Of a stretch of DNA of 64,000 nucleotides, positions 27,168 to 37,109 are shown piece by piece. The position numbers and the translations under genes are program-made. Position 1 is the first letter of the stretch, and each line of letters starts with the position of its first letter. The notes beneath the pieces are model-generated. The model had not been told where the DNA came from and made no database searches. It saw only the letters and a list, made by a program, of their open reading frames with translations. The stretch is from Spirochaetia bacterium (GTDB taxonomy: Bacteria; Spirochaetota; Spirochaetia; SZUA-6; Bin103): positions 6,912,001-6,976,000 of the forward strand of contig CBDBDQ010000005.1 in NCBI GenBank assembly GCA_965203905.1, written 5' to 3'.

Positions 27168-28952
27168 ATGATGCGCTGACCCAGGACCTGCTCCGCATCG
27201 ACGGCCGACCCTACGGCCACTATCGCGACCTGCGCGGGCGCCGCTACCCGCTGGGGAGCGGCGTGCTGACCTTCGAGCACGTGCAGGGAGATCCGTTCGC
27301 GGCGCCGAGCCGGCTGCGGGTCGACCTGCCCGCGACCCTGCTGAGGCTGCCGGAGTGGGCGCGGAACGGCGGCGATGCGCGGCGCGCCGCGGCCGACTTT
27401 CTGCAGCGGGCGTTGCGGCCGGCGCTGGCGGGGGCGGGCGGCGGCGCCGGAAGCGGTCGCAGCGGACTGCTGGAGATCGCCCCCGCCGGCCAGGAGGTGC
27501 TGGACCGTACCGGGGTCGCGGTCGCTGCCGAGGGCGGCGCGCGGGTACGGCTGAGCGCCGGACTGCCGGCGGCGGGCCGGCGCATCCTGGGCCGCGCCGC
27601 CGCCGACCTCCTGACCCGGCGCCTCGACGCAGCGCTGCAGGACATCGCGCGGCGGCTGGACTTCGACCGCCTGCGCGCCCACGTGCAGGTGGTGGAGGAC
27701 CAGGTGGCGCTGCGCGCCCAGCTCCGCGAGCAGGGGCTGATCGCGTTTCTGGCCGACGGCAGCGTGCTGCCGCGCCGCAGCGGCGCCGACCCGCGTCCCC
27801 TCGACCGCGCCCGGCCGCTGCAGGCGCCGCCGGCACTGACGGTGGAGTTGCCGGCGCCACACGCCGGAACGCTGCGCGGCCTCGGTGTCCGCGCCGGGGT
27901 CACGCTGATCGTGGGCGGCGGCTACCACGGCAAGTCGACCCTGCTGCAGGCGCTGGCGCTCGGGGTCTACGATCACCTGCCCGGCGACGGCCGCGAGCGC
28001 TGCGTCTCCGCGGAGGACCTGGTGAGCGTGCGCGCCGAGGATGGCCGCTCGGTGCGCGGCGTGTGCCTGACGCCGTTCATCGGCGCCCTGCCGCTGGGAC
28101 GCGACACCGCCTTCTTCGACAGCGACGATGCCCTCCGGCAGCACCTCCCAGGCGGCGGCCATCGTGGAAGCGCTGGAGGCCGGCGCCACCGGGCTGCTGA
28201 TCGACGAGGACACGGCGGCCACCAACTTCATGATCCGCGACGCGCGCATGCGCCGCCTGGTGCCGGGCGAGCAGGAACCGATCACGCCCTTCATCGACCG
28301 CGTACGGCAGCTTTGGGAGGAGCGCGGCGTGTCGTCGGTGCTGGTGGTGGGCGGCGCCGGCGACTACCTGGACGTCGCCGACAGCGTCATCCGCATGGAC
28401 GCCTACCAGCCCGGCGACGTGACGGCGCAGGCGCGCGCAGTCGCCGCCGCGCAACCGCTGGGGGATGCGGCGCCGCGCGCCCCGGGGGCCTGGCCGCCGG
28501 GTGCCCCGCGGGTGCCGTTGCGGGAGAGCCTCGACGCGCGCCGCGGCCGGCGGCCGGAACGGGTGCGCGCCGTGAAGACGCGGGCCATCGAGTTCGGGCA
28601 GGAGGAGATCGACGTCAGCCTGCTGTACCAGCTGGTGGACGCGGCGCAGTGCCGCATGATCGGCGACCTGCTGCTGCGGCTCGCGCGCGGCCTGTGCGAC
28701 GGCCGCCGCGACCTGCCCGGTATCCTCGCGGCGCTCGACGCCGACCTGCAGGCGCACGGCCTCGACTCCCTGGCGCAGGCCGGCTTCGGCGACCGGGCGC
28801 GGCCGCGGCGCTTCGAGGTCGCCGCCGCGCTCAACCGCCTGCGCAGCCTGCGGGTGGCCGGCCCCCGCGGCGGCGGCGACCGCTACCGCGGCACGGCCGG
28901 ATCCCAGCCGGAAGCCATGCCGAAGCGCTCCCGCAGGCGGTCGCCGCGGTAG
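27164..28952 (+). CDS. ABC-class ATPase domain protein (ABC_ATPase/PF09818-like), +1 frameshift near 28131
   Basis: VQGDPFAAPS, GGGYHGKST and AEDGR. Removing one C from GATGCCCTCC restores DASGSTSQAA, followed by DEDTAATNFMIRD. Confidence 0.85.
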
Positions 28953-29389
28953 GCGAAGATGCGGCGCAGGTCGCGGGCCACCAGCAGCCGGTTGACCAGG
29001 CGCCCGCCGGGGACCGCGTAGTCCACCCGGTCGCTGGCCAGCACCACCGGCTCCCGTCCTTCCCGATCCTCCACCGTGAACCGGTGCTCGTGGATCCAGA
29101 CGCGGTACGGCCCGCGGCGCTGCTCGTCGACGAAGCGGTGGGGCGGCTCCCAGGCGGTGATCTCGCTCTGCCAGCGGATCGGCATCCCACGCAGCCGCAG
29201 GCGGTAGTCGATGCGGGTCCCGACGGCCATCGCCAGCGGCAGTGGGCTCAGGATCCGGAAGTGCAGCCACGCCGGCGTCAGCAGCTCCAGGTTGGCGGCG
29301 TCGGCAAAGAACGCGAAGACCTCCTCCAGTGGGGCGGCGAGTCGGACGCCACTGTGAATCCGATGCAGGTGCGGCGCGCGGCCGGTCAT
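28883..29389 (-). CDS. SRPBCC family protein
   Basis: EEVFAFFADAANLELLTP and FVDEQRRGPY..W.HEHRF. Confidence 0.88.
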   Translation of the reverse strand: MTGRAPHLHRIHSGVRLAAPLEEVFAFFADAANLELLTPAWLHFRILSPLPLAMAVGTRIDYRLRLRGMPIRWQSEITAWEPPHRFVDEQRRGPYRVWIHEHRFTVEDREGREPVVLASDRVDYAVPGGRLVNRLLVARDLRRIFAYRGDRLRERFGMASGWDPAVPR

Positions 29390-29648
29390 CGCTGCCGATC
29401 ACACGGGAACCGGTGCCGCCGTGTCAACGCCGCGCCCCGAATCGGGGCGACCCCGTTTTGGCAAGTGGCCACTGGGACCGTCCGCGGATGACACGGCCCG
29501 GCAGCAGTCGAGCACGGCCGCCCGAGTTCGTCCCTCCAGGCAGGCAAAACCGTGCCAAGTCCGGGGGTATGCAAGCAGGTAGCTGTCAGACAAGCGGTAA
29601 CTGAATCAGCGAGAAACCCGCCTCACCGGTGGCTCATCGCTGACTCCA

Positions 29649-29667
29649 GTTGTCATTTACTGATAAC
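29649..29667. promoter_or_regulatory. Putative autoregulatory operator of the TA operon
   Basis: Inverted repeat GTTGTCA-N5-TGATAAC overlapping the -10 hexamer TAACCT, just before the toxin start. Confidence 0.55.
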
Positions 29668-29674
29668 CTGATTG

Positions 29675-30045
29675 ATGCCGATGCCCGACCGCGATCCCGG
29701 ACTCGACACGCTGCTCGACCTTCACGGCCAGACGCTATTCGTGGATGAGGCCGGACACTGGGTGAAGTTCATAGTGCATCGAACAGACGTGACCGCGGAA
29801 CACCCTCACGGGCTCAGCTATTCGCTGACGCTGCATGCCCCGGACGGCGAACGGCTGGTCGGGTTCGACAATGCGCACCCAGTCAGGCGTCGGCGAGGCC
29901 CGGAACGCCGGCGCCGGAGGGAGCGCGACCATCGGCATCGCCTGCGGACGATCCGGCCCTACGAGTACCGGGACGCGGCACACTTCTTGAGGACTTCTGG
30001 AACGAAGTGGACGGCGTTCTGAAGGAGAGGAGATTGATGCCATGA
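29675..30045 (+). CDS. DUF6516/TumE-family toxin, -1 frameshift near 29980
   Basis: HPHGLSYSLTLH...RLVGFDNAH...DHRH. Adding one base gives ATLLEDFWNEVDGVLKER, ending in an ATGA overlap with the next gene. Confidence 0.8.
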
Positions 30046-30437
30046 AGACGCTGAAGATCGGCATTGCCAGCTATGACCGGATGAAGGCGCGCTCGCTTGC
30101 GATCGCGCGCGGCGAGCACAAACCTGCCAGGGGCGAGCCGCTGGTCTGGTTCACGTCCGTCGAGAGCTTCGCGAAGGTGCTCTCGCAACGTAATCGCGAG
30201 CTGCTGGCAACGATCGCCCGGGAGCAGCCCGGCTCGCTCACTGAGCTGGCTGAACTCGCCGGACGAAACAAGTCCAACCTGTCGCGGACTCTGAAGACAA
30301 TGGCGCGCTACGGACTCGTGGAGTTGCACCAGGGGGCGCACGGCGCCTTGGTGCCGCGGGTGGCGTACGATCACGTGAGCCTCGACCTTTCCTTGACTCC
30401 GGGTCTGCGACCGGGAGCGGCACTCCACACTCGATAA
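30042..30437 (+). CDS. HTH/MarR-like antitoxin (HVO_A0114/TumA-like)
   Basis: WFTSVESFAKVLS..NRELL and SLTELAELAGRNKSNLSRTLKTM. Confidence 0.85.
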   Translation: MKTLKIGIASYDRMKARSLAIARGEHKPARGEPLVWFTSVESFAKVLSQRNRELLATIAREQPGSLTELAELAGRNKSNLSRTLKTMARYGLVELHQGAHGALVPRVAYDHVSLDLSLTPGLRPGAALHTR

Positions 30438-30611
30438 CTGCCGGATGCGCTCGCCCAGTTTGCCGGGCATGCAGCAACTCGGCATTCACGTCCGCTGTAT
30501 ATGACGTGATGAGTTCTTGGCTCGGAGGGACGTGAGCAGGTGTCACCCCATGACCGTGCCACAGAATGGGGTCGCCTCCCCGAATCCCCGCCGCACGCGC
30601 TACCCTGAGCC

Positions 30612-31334
30612 ATGGGCAAGGACGACTCGCTGCTCCGCGAGCAGGTGGAGTACTACCGCCGGCGCGCGCCCGAGTACGACGACTGGTTTCACCAGCGCGG
30701 GCGCTACGACGAAGGCGAAGGCAGGCGCCGGGAGTGGCGCGCCGAGAACGCGCGCGCCGATGCCGTCCTGCGTGCGCTGGGTCCGGTCGATGCGGTACTG
30801 GAGCTGGCCGCCGGCACCGGGCTCTGGAGCGAACGCCTGCTGCAGCAGGCGCGCCGGCTCACCCTCGTGGATGCCTCGCCGGAGGCGCTGAAGCTGGCGT
30901 TGCGGCGGCTGCGCCACGATCCGCGGGTGAGCGTCGAAGTGGCCGACCTTTTCGCCTACCGGGCCGCCCGGTGCTACGACCTGGTCGCGTTCACGTTCTG
31001 GCTGTCGCACGTGCCGCCGGCGCGACTGTCCGGTTTCTTCGCGCTGCTGCGGCGCAGCCTGCGCCCGAACGGAGTGTTGTTCGCCATCGACCAGCGCGCC
31101 GCGCGCGGCAAGCAGACCGCCGCCGACCACCTGCAGGAGCGCAGTCTCGACGACGGCCGCAGCTTCCGCATCGTCAAGATCTACTACGGCAAACGGGAGC
31201 TGGAGTCGCTGTTCGCCGAACATGGCTTCCAGGTCCAGGTAACCCTCACGCCCACGCTCTGGGTAGCAACCGCGCGGCGCCACCGCGAAGGGAGTTCTGC
31301 TACAGTTCGCGGACCAGGGGAGGAGCGAGCGTGA
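30612..31334 (+). CDS. Class I SAM-dependent methyltransferase
   Basis: YYRRRAPEYD, VLELAAGTG, VDASPE and FWLSHVP. Confidence 0.9.
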   Translation: MGKDDSLLREQVEYYRRRAPEYDDWFHQRGRYDEGEGRRREWRAENARADAVLRALGPVDAVLELAAGTGLWSERLLQQARRLTLVDASPEALKLALRRLRHDPRVSVEVADLFAYRAARCYDLVAFTFWLSHVPPARLSGFFALLRRSLRPNGVLFAIDQRAARGKQTAADHLQERSLDDGRSFRIVKIYYGKRELESLFAEHGFQVQVTLTPTLWVATARRHREGSSATVRGPGEERA

Positions 31335-32329
31335 ACTCGACCAACATCGTCTTTACGGGCAGGCAGCAGGCGGAGCTGCGCAGCGAGCCGGTGCCGGAGC
31401 TGCCGGCCGACGGCGTGGCGGTACGCACCACGGTGAGCCTGATCAGCTCCGGCACCGAGACCATCTGCTACCGCGGCGAGTCCGACTCCGGGTCCCACTG
31501 GCACCAATGGGTGCGGTACCCGTTCCATCCGGGTTACAGCAACGTCGGCTTGGTCGAGCAGACCGGGGCGGCGGTCTCCGGCTTCGCCGCCGGCGAGCGC
31601 GTATTCACCAGCTCCCACCATCACCAGGTCGCCATCACCAGGGGTGTGCCGGTGAAGATCCCGGATGCGGTCGGCGACGACTCGGCGGCGTGGTCGAAGC
31701 TCGCCACCATCGCCCAGACCGGGGTGCGCCGGGCCCAGCTCGCCATGGGCGCCACGGTGGTGATCATCGGCCTGGGACCGCTGGGCCAGCTCCTGAGCCA
31801 GTACGCGCGCGTGATGGGGGCGGAGAAGATCCTGGTGATCGACCCGCTGCCGGCGCGACTGGAGGTGGCCCGCGCCCACGGCGCCACCCACGAGTTCGCC
31901 GGCAGCGCGGGCGACGCCCTGCCGTTCGTGGAGGAGCACACCCGCGGCAACCGCGCCGACGTGGTGTTCGAGGCTACCGGCCATCCCCCGGTGCTGCCGC
32001 TGGCGCTTCCCCTGGCGAAGCGCTTCGGGGTGGTGATGCTGATCGGCGATGCCCCCAATCCCAGCCAGCAGGTGCTCACCAGCGACGTCATCACGCGCCA
32101 GATCTCGATCCGCGGCACTCACAACGAGAACCTGCCGGGCGACCAGGCGGAGTGGTCATCGGAGCGCCAGGTCGAGCTGTTCTACACCTACCTGGTGCGC
32201 GGCGTCATGAAGGTGGACGACCTGATCACGGCGCGCCACTCCCCGGCAGAGGCGCCGGCGGTCTACGCCCGGCTGCTGCACGACCGGGCCGCCTCGCTCG
32301 GCGTGCTGTTCGACTGGTCGCGCCTGTAG
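31331..32329 (+). CDS. MDR/zinc-binding dehydrogenase family oxidoreductase
   Basis: SLISSGTE, PGYSNVG, IIGLGPLG and VVFEATG. Confidence 0.9.
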   Translation: MNSTNIVFTGRQQAELRSEPVPELPADGVAVRTTVSLISSGTETICYRGESDSGSHWHQWVRYPFHPGYSNVGLVEQTGAAVSGFAAGERVFTSSHHHQVAITRGVPVKIPDAVGDDSAAWSKLATIAQTGVRRAQLAMGATVVIIGLGPLGQLLSQYARVMGAEKILVIDPLPARLEVARAHGATHEFAGSAGDALPFVEEHTRGNRADVVFEATGHPPVLPLALPLAKRFGVVMLIGDAPNPSQQVLTSDVITRQISIRGTHNENLPGDQAEWSSERQVELFYTYLVRGVMKVDDLITARHSPAEAPAVYARLLHDRAASLGVLFDWSRL

Positions 32330-32350
32330 CGCCCCCCGGCCGGCGCCCGC

Positions 32351-33478
32351 CTATTGGCGCTTGAAGTCGAGGTGCGCGGCGGGCAACGACTGCGGGCGCA
32401 CCAGCTCCCCGCCCAGCTCGTACGACTCGATGGCGGCGAAGGTGTACTCCAGGGTGGCCAGCGCGTCGCGTCCGGAAGCGCGCAGCTCGCTGGTCGGCAC
32501 CCCGTTGGTGACGTCCTCGAGGAAGGCGTGAATGCGGCGCGGGAAGGTGGTGCCGAAGTCGGTGATCCCGGTGTTCAGGACCGTCGGCTCCGGCGCGCTG
32601 CCCAGGTCGATGGCGGCCGGATCTGCCGCGCCCTCGGCGCCGGGCGCCGGGTAGTGGATCAGCTTCTCCACGCAGTTCTCGATCGCGAACGTGCCGCGGG
32701 TGCCGCCCAGCTCGAAGCTCCACCAGCCGCCGTAGCCCATGCGCGCATCGCCGCGCTGGCTGAACAGGTAGCCGACCGCGTCGGAGGCGAAGCGCACGTG
32801 AATGCTGTTCAGCGACACCAGCGGATCGCCGGCCGAGCGCCGGAACCCGGGGCGGCCCATGAACGCCTGCACGTGGGTGATGTCGCCGCAGAAGTGGCGC
32901 ATGATGGCGAACGGGTGGGACAGGAACGCCTTGACGTGGAAGTAGGGAAAGCCGCGGCTGTTGGCGCCGCCGCCGGGGCCTGAGTAGGTGTACTCGCCGC
33001 CCTGGAACCCCATCCGCATCAGGCAGTAGAGCTGCTCGCCGATCTTGCCGTCACGCACCAGCTCCATGGCCCGGTCGGCGGGATCGCTGAAGTGGTGGTT
33101 CAGGTTGCACCCCAGGTAGAGGCCGCGGCCGGCCGCGAGCTCCACCATCTGGCGCGCCTCCTCCAGGTCGTTCGACAGCGGCTTCTCCACCAGCACGTGC
33201 TTGCCGGCGTCGAGCGCCTGCATGACGGGCTCGAAGTGCCAGCCGCCGTTCTCGTCGCCGCCGGTGCAGACATCGACCACGTCGAGCTCCGGATGCGCGG
33301 CCAGCATGTCGGGCACGCTGCCGTGGATCGCCGCTCCGTACTGCTCCCGCGCCGGCTCGGCGCGCTCCTGCACCGCGTCGCACACCGCCACCAGGGTGGC
33401 GAGATCGTCCTCGTGATGGCACTCGGCGTGCCGCTGTCCGATGCCGGCGTACCCTACTACACCCACGTTGAGAGGCAT
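32351..33478 (-). CDS. Gfo/Idh/MocA family oxidoreductase
   Basis: VGVVGYAGIG and GKHVLVEKP. Confidence 0.92.
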   Translation of the reverse strand: MPLNVGVVGYAGIGQRHAECHHEDDLATLVAVCDAVQERAEPAREQYGAAIHGSVPDMLAAHPELDVVDVCTGGDENGGWHFEPVMQALDAGKHVLVEKPLSNDLEEARQMVELAAGRGLYLGCNLNHHFSDPADRAMELVRDGKIGEQLYCLMRMGFQGGEYTYSGPGGGANSRGFPYFHVKAFLSHPFAIMRHFCGDITHVQAFMGRPGFRRSAGDPLVSLNSIHVRFASDAVGYLFSQRGDARMGYGGWWSFELGGTRGTFAIENCVEKLIHYPAPGAEGAADPAAIDLGSAPEPTVLNTGITDFGTTFPRRIHAFLEDVTNGVPTSELRASGRDALATLEYTFAAIESYELGGELVRPQSLPAAHLDFKRQ

Positions 33479-33500
33479 GGCCGCAAGGTACTACGGCCGC

Positions 33501-33524
33501 GCGCCGGCGTCGAGATGCAAGCGC
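33501..33524. repeat. 24-bp direct repeat, copy A
   Basis: GCGCCGGCGTCGAGATGCAAGCGC is identical at 41770-41793. Confidence 0.9.
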
Positions 33525-33553
33525 AGGAGCGGCGGCGGCGACGCCAGGACAGC

Positions 33554-33581
33554 TTGACAGGGCGGACGCCGCACCTATGAT
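33554..33581 (+). promoter_or_regulatory. Sigma70-type promoter of the sugar operon (probably leaderless)
   Basis: TTGACA-N16-TATGAT, 6 nt before the GTG at 33588. Confidence 0.7.
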
Positions 33582-33587
33582 CGCAGG

Positions 33588-35204
33588 GTGATGGCCGCAC
33601 TCGACACGGTGATCGGCATCGTCGGCAGCCCGGCGTTCCCGGAGATCGAATGGTCGGATGAGCAGCTCGCCAGCCTCAAGGAGCTGGGCTGCACCAAGCT
33701 GCAGCTCAGCATCGCGTGGGCCAGCAAGCCGGCCGGTGAAGTGCTCAACCTGGAAGATCTCGATGCGCGGCAGCGCGGGCTGTGGCGGCACCGCATCGCC
33801 CAGGCCAGGAAATTCGGTCTTGGCACCATCGCCCACTTCGGCATCCCCCGGTGGCTCAATCAGACGCCGGTCAAGCCCGCCTGCATCCTGGATCCCGAGG
33901 TCCGCGACCGATACACCCGCCTGCTGACCGATTTCGCCGCCAGCTTTCCCGAGGTGGACGACATCCTGGTCTACACCTTCGACCAGCAGGCCTGGATCTG
34001 CAGCGATTACGGGCCCTGTCCGCGCTGCAGCGGCATCCCCCTCCACGAGCGGCTGCCGGGCTTTCTCGATCACCTGCAGGAGGTATACGTCAGGGCCAAC
34101 CCGCGGGCGACGCTGTGGTGGAAGCCGTGGGAACTGTCGAAGGGGCAGACCGAGATGATCGCCCGGCGGGTGGCTGCGGAGCACTTCGGCCTGATCCTCA
34201 ACCCCTCCACCAGCAACGAGTGCTACCCGTTCAACGACCGCGCCTTCGGCTCGGACCTGGGGGTCAGGACCCTGACCCGCATCGCCGCCGAGCGCGGCAT
34301 TCCGGTGATCGGCGAGGTCGACCACACCCTCTACAAGGGGCTGTACCAGATCTCCGACTACTTCCCGCGGCTGGTGTACGAGCAGCTCCAGGAGTGGAAA
34401 CGGATCCCCGGGGTGGTGGGCATCAAGGAGTACTTCGGCCTGCCGCCGTCGCAGTTGTCGGTGAACGCCGCGATGCTGGGGGCGTGCCTGCGCTCCCCCG
34501 CAGCCTCGCTGGAACAGCTCCTGGAGCAGGTGGCCGCACCCTTCGGCACGCAGGCGGCCCCCGCCCTGCTCGCCGCCTGGGAGCACGTCGCCGCGGGCGT
34601 CGAGTCGTTCCCCTGGGACATCACCTACCTGATCGGGCCCATGGGGCTGGCCAAGGACCGCGACGGCTCCCACGACTGGGAGCAGATCACCATTCCCAAC
34701 GCCCACTGGGACACGCCGATCTGGGAGAGCAACCGGCGTGCCAACTTCATGCTCACCCATGAGCACAAGGCGCATCCGTGGCTGTTCGAGGACGCCGGGC
34801 TGCGCCTGGGCGCGGCGGCGGACTGCTACGACCAGGCGGCCGCCGCCTACGCCGAGGCGATCGGCCACGCGGCGGCGCTGGCCGGAGAACTGCAGGCGCA
34901 GCGGGACGAATTGAAGGCCACCGCGCGCGCCTTGCGCGGCACCTCGCTGCACTTCCTGGAAACCCTGGCGGCGCACAACGCGCGCATGGTGCAGCACGAT
35001 GCCGAGCAGTGGCGCAAGGTGGTGGGGCGGCTGGAACGGTTGCTGGAGCGGGACGTGGCCAACCAGGGGCACGCGCAGGAGGTGGCCCAGGTGCTCGCCG
35101 CGTTTCGCCGCGACCCGCACGGCTGGCTGGCCACCCACCTGAGTGCCCGCAGCCACGAGCTGATCTGCACCATCGACTGGCGCGCCTGGACCCCTTCCAC
35201 CTGA
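33588..35204 (+). CDS. Uncharacterised GH-like protein, paralog 1
   Basis: LQLSIAW, DDILVYTFDQQAWICSDYGPCPRC, WWKPWELS and GIKEYFG. Homologous to 38857-40548. Confidence 0.8.
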   Translation: MMAALDTVIGIVGSPAFPEIEWSDEQLASLKELGCTKLQLSIAWASKPAGEVLNLEDLDARQRGLWRHRIAQARKFGLGTIAHFGIPRWLNQTPVKPACILDPEVRDRYTRLLTDFAASFPEVDDILVYTFDQQAWICSDYGPCPRCSGIPLHERLPGFLDHLQEVYVRANPRATLWWKPWELSKGQTEMIARRVAAEHFGLILNPSTSNECYPFNDRAFGSDLGVRTLTRIAAERGIPVIGEVDHTLYKGLYQISDYFPRLVYEQLQEWKRIPGVVGIKEYFGLPPSQLSVNAAMLGACLRSPAASLEQLLEQVAAPFGTQAAPALLAAWEHVAAGVESFPWDITYLIGPMGLAKDRDGSHDWEQITIPNAHWDTPIWESNRRANFMLTHEHKAHPWLFEDAGLRLGAAADCYDQAAAAYAEAIGHAAALAGELQAQRDELKATARALRGTSLHFLETLAAHNARMVQHDAEQWRKVVGRLERLLERDVANQGHAQEVAQVLAAFRRDPHGWLATHLSARSHELICTIDWRAWTPST

Positions 35205-35205
35205 C

Positions 35206-36180
35206 ATGGCCCTGCGGTTCGGCTCGACAGCCTCGACCCCGGCCGTGGAGGGACACCTGGTAACCCGGCAACCCCGGCGGCTGTGGCGCAAAATGGTGCG
35301 GCTGCGGGCGCTGTACGCCATGGCGCTGCCGGTGCTGGCGTGTTTCGTGGTGCTCAAGTACTGGCCGATGCTGCTGCAGTTCGTGGTGGCGCTGAAGGAC
35401 TATCAGCTCGGCCGCGGGATATTCGGCAGCCGGTGGGTGGGCCTGCGCAACTTCGTGCAGGTGTTCAACACCACCGACTTCCTGGAGGTGCTCGGCAATA
35501 CCGTCGAGATCAGCCTGCTGCGCCTGGTATTCGGCTTCTTTCCACCCCTCATCCTGGCGATCCTGCTGCACGACCTGTGGTCGAAGCGGTTTCGCAGGGT
35601 CGCTCAGACCCTGATCTACATTCCCCACTTCTTTTCCTGGGTGATCATCTACGGGCTGGCGTACTCGATCTTCGCTCCCGGCTCCGGCATGATCAACAAG
35701 CTGCTGGTCTCCCTGGGCGGTCAGCGCATCGATTTTCTCACCTCCCCGCTCTGGTTCCGGCCGCTGATCATCGGCACGGCGCTGTTCAAGGAGCTGGGCT
35801 GGGGGACGATCATCTATCTCGCCGCGTTGAGCTCGATCGATCCGCAGCTCTACGAGGCGGCGGCCATCGACGGCGCCGGGCCGATCAAGCGGCTGATCCA
35901 CATCACCATTCCCTCCATTCAGGACGTGATCATCTTCCTGCTGATGATCGCGCTCGGGTTCATTCTCCACGCCGGGGGCGAGCAGATTCTGCTGTTCCTG
36001 TCGGGCCCCACCATGCGGGTGGGAGACATCATCGACACCTGGGTCTATCGCCACGGGTTGGTGAACATGGAGTTCAGCTTCGCCACCGCGGTGGGCCTGT
36101 TCCAGTCGCTCTTCGGCATGGTGCTGATCATCGCGGCCAACCACCTGGCGCGGCGTTACGCCGGCCGCGGGCTGTGGTAG
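35206..36180 (+). CDS. Carbohydrate ABC permease (LplB/YteP-like)
   Basis: YIPHFFSWVI and GWGTIIYLAALSSIDPQLYEAAAIDGAG. Confidence 0.93.
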   Translation: MALRFGSTASTPAVEGHLVTRQPRRLWRKMVRLRALYAMALPVLACFVVLKYWPMLLQFVVALKDYQLGRGIFGSRWVGLRNFVQVFNTTDFLEVLGNTVEISLLRLVFGFFPPLILAILLHDLWSKRFRRVAQTLIYIPHFFSWVIIYGLAYSIFAPGSGMINKLLVSLGGQRIDFLTSPLWFRPLIIGTALFKELGWGTIIYLAALSSIDPQLYEAAAIDGAGPIKRLIHITIPSIQDVIIFLLMIALGFILHAGGEQILLFLSGPTMRVGDIIDTWVYRHGLVNMEFSFATAVGLFQSLFGMVLIIAANHLARRYAGRGLW

Positions 36181-36188
36181 ACGGGTAG

Positions 36189-37085
36189 ATGGCGGTCCAT
36201 TCGCTGGGTGAGCGCAGCTACCAGTTCATCGCCGCCACCATCATCCTGGCGTGTACCGTGGTGATGGTGTTCCCGCTGATCTGGGTGGTCAGCATGTCGG
36301 TCACCAGCCAGCACGAGCTGATGCGCCGCGGCGGCTTCGTGATCATCCCCCACCGGCCCACCTTCTACGGTTACGAATTGCTGTGGAACCGCTCCTCCAT
36401 CGTGCTGCAGGCATTCCTGGTGAGCGTGACGCGCACGCTGGTGGGCACCCTGCTGTGCCTGGTGGTGACCACCGTGGGCGCCTACGTGGCGGCGCGGCCG
36501 GAGCTGCCGGGCCGGAAGCTGTTCATCGTCCTGATCCTGATCACCATCATCTTCCCGGGAGGCATGATCCCCACCTTTCTGGTGGTGCGGCGGCTGGGCA
36601 TGCTGAACAGCATCTGGGCGCTGATCGTCCCGATGATGGTGAATGGCTGGGCGCTGCTGATCATCAAGCAGTTCATGCAGAACATCCCCGGTGAGATCAA
36701 CGACTCCGCGTTCATGGACGGGGCCGGCGAATGGACGGTGCTGGTGCGCATCAGCGTGCCGATGGCGGCGCCGGCGCTGGCGGCCATCGGCCTGTTTACC
36801 GCCGTCGGGCACTGGAACGCCTGGTTCGACGCCCTGATCTACGTCGACGAGGCGCTCCTGTACCCGCTGCAACTGGTGCTGCGCAACGTGATCAACGGCG
36901 TGTTGAGCCTGCAGTCGGGGCTCGCCCAGGAGGACCTGGCGGCGATTCCGGAGGCGGTGCGCCTGGACGCCGACTCGGTGAAGATGTCGGTCATCGTGGT
37001 GACCACGCTGCCGATCCTGTGTGTCTACCCGTTCCTGCAGAAGTACTTCACCAAGGGGATGTACCTCGGCGCCGTGAAGGGCTAG
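36189..37085 (+). CDS. Carbohydrate ABC permease (LplC/YtcP-like)
   Basis: EAA-type loop DSAFMDGAGE, HWNAWFD and YPFLQKYFTKG. Confidence 0.93.
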   Translation: MAVHSLGERSYQFIAATIILACTVVMVFPLIWVVSMSVTSQHELMRRGGFVIIPHRPTFYGYELLWNRSSIVLQAFLVSVTRTLVGTLLCLVVTTVGAYVAARPELPGRKLFIVLILITIIFPGGMIPTFLVVRRLGMLNSIWALIVPMMVNGWALLIIKQFMQNIPGEINDSAFMDGAGEWTVLVRISVPMAAPALAAIGLFTAVGHWNAWFDALIYVDEALLYPLQLVLRNVINGVLSLQSGLAQEDLAAIPEAVRLDADSVKMSVIVVTTLPILCVYPFLQKYFTKGMYLGAVKG

Positions 37086-37109
37086 TATGGCGGGTTGAGG
37101 AGTGAACAC

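Noticed and set aside
27164-29491. 775-aa ORF as a novel long ATPase
   Set aside because: After about 28131 it is out of frame; the conserved sequence continues in the 28128-28952 frame.
29544-29558. Sigma54-like TGGCACG...TTGC on the minus strand
   Set aside because: GG-to-GC spacing is 9 nt rather than the strict 10; it would hold only if a T were missing from the run.
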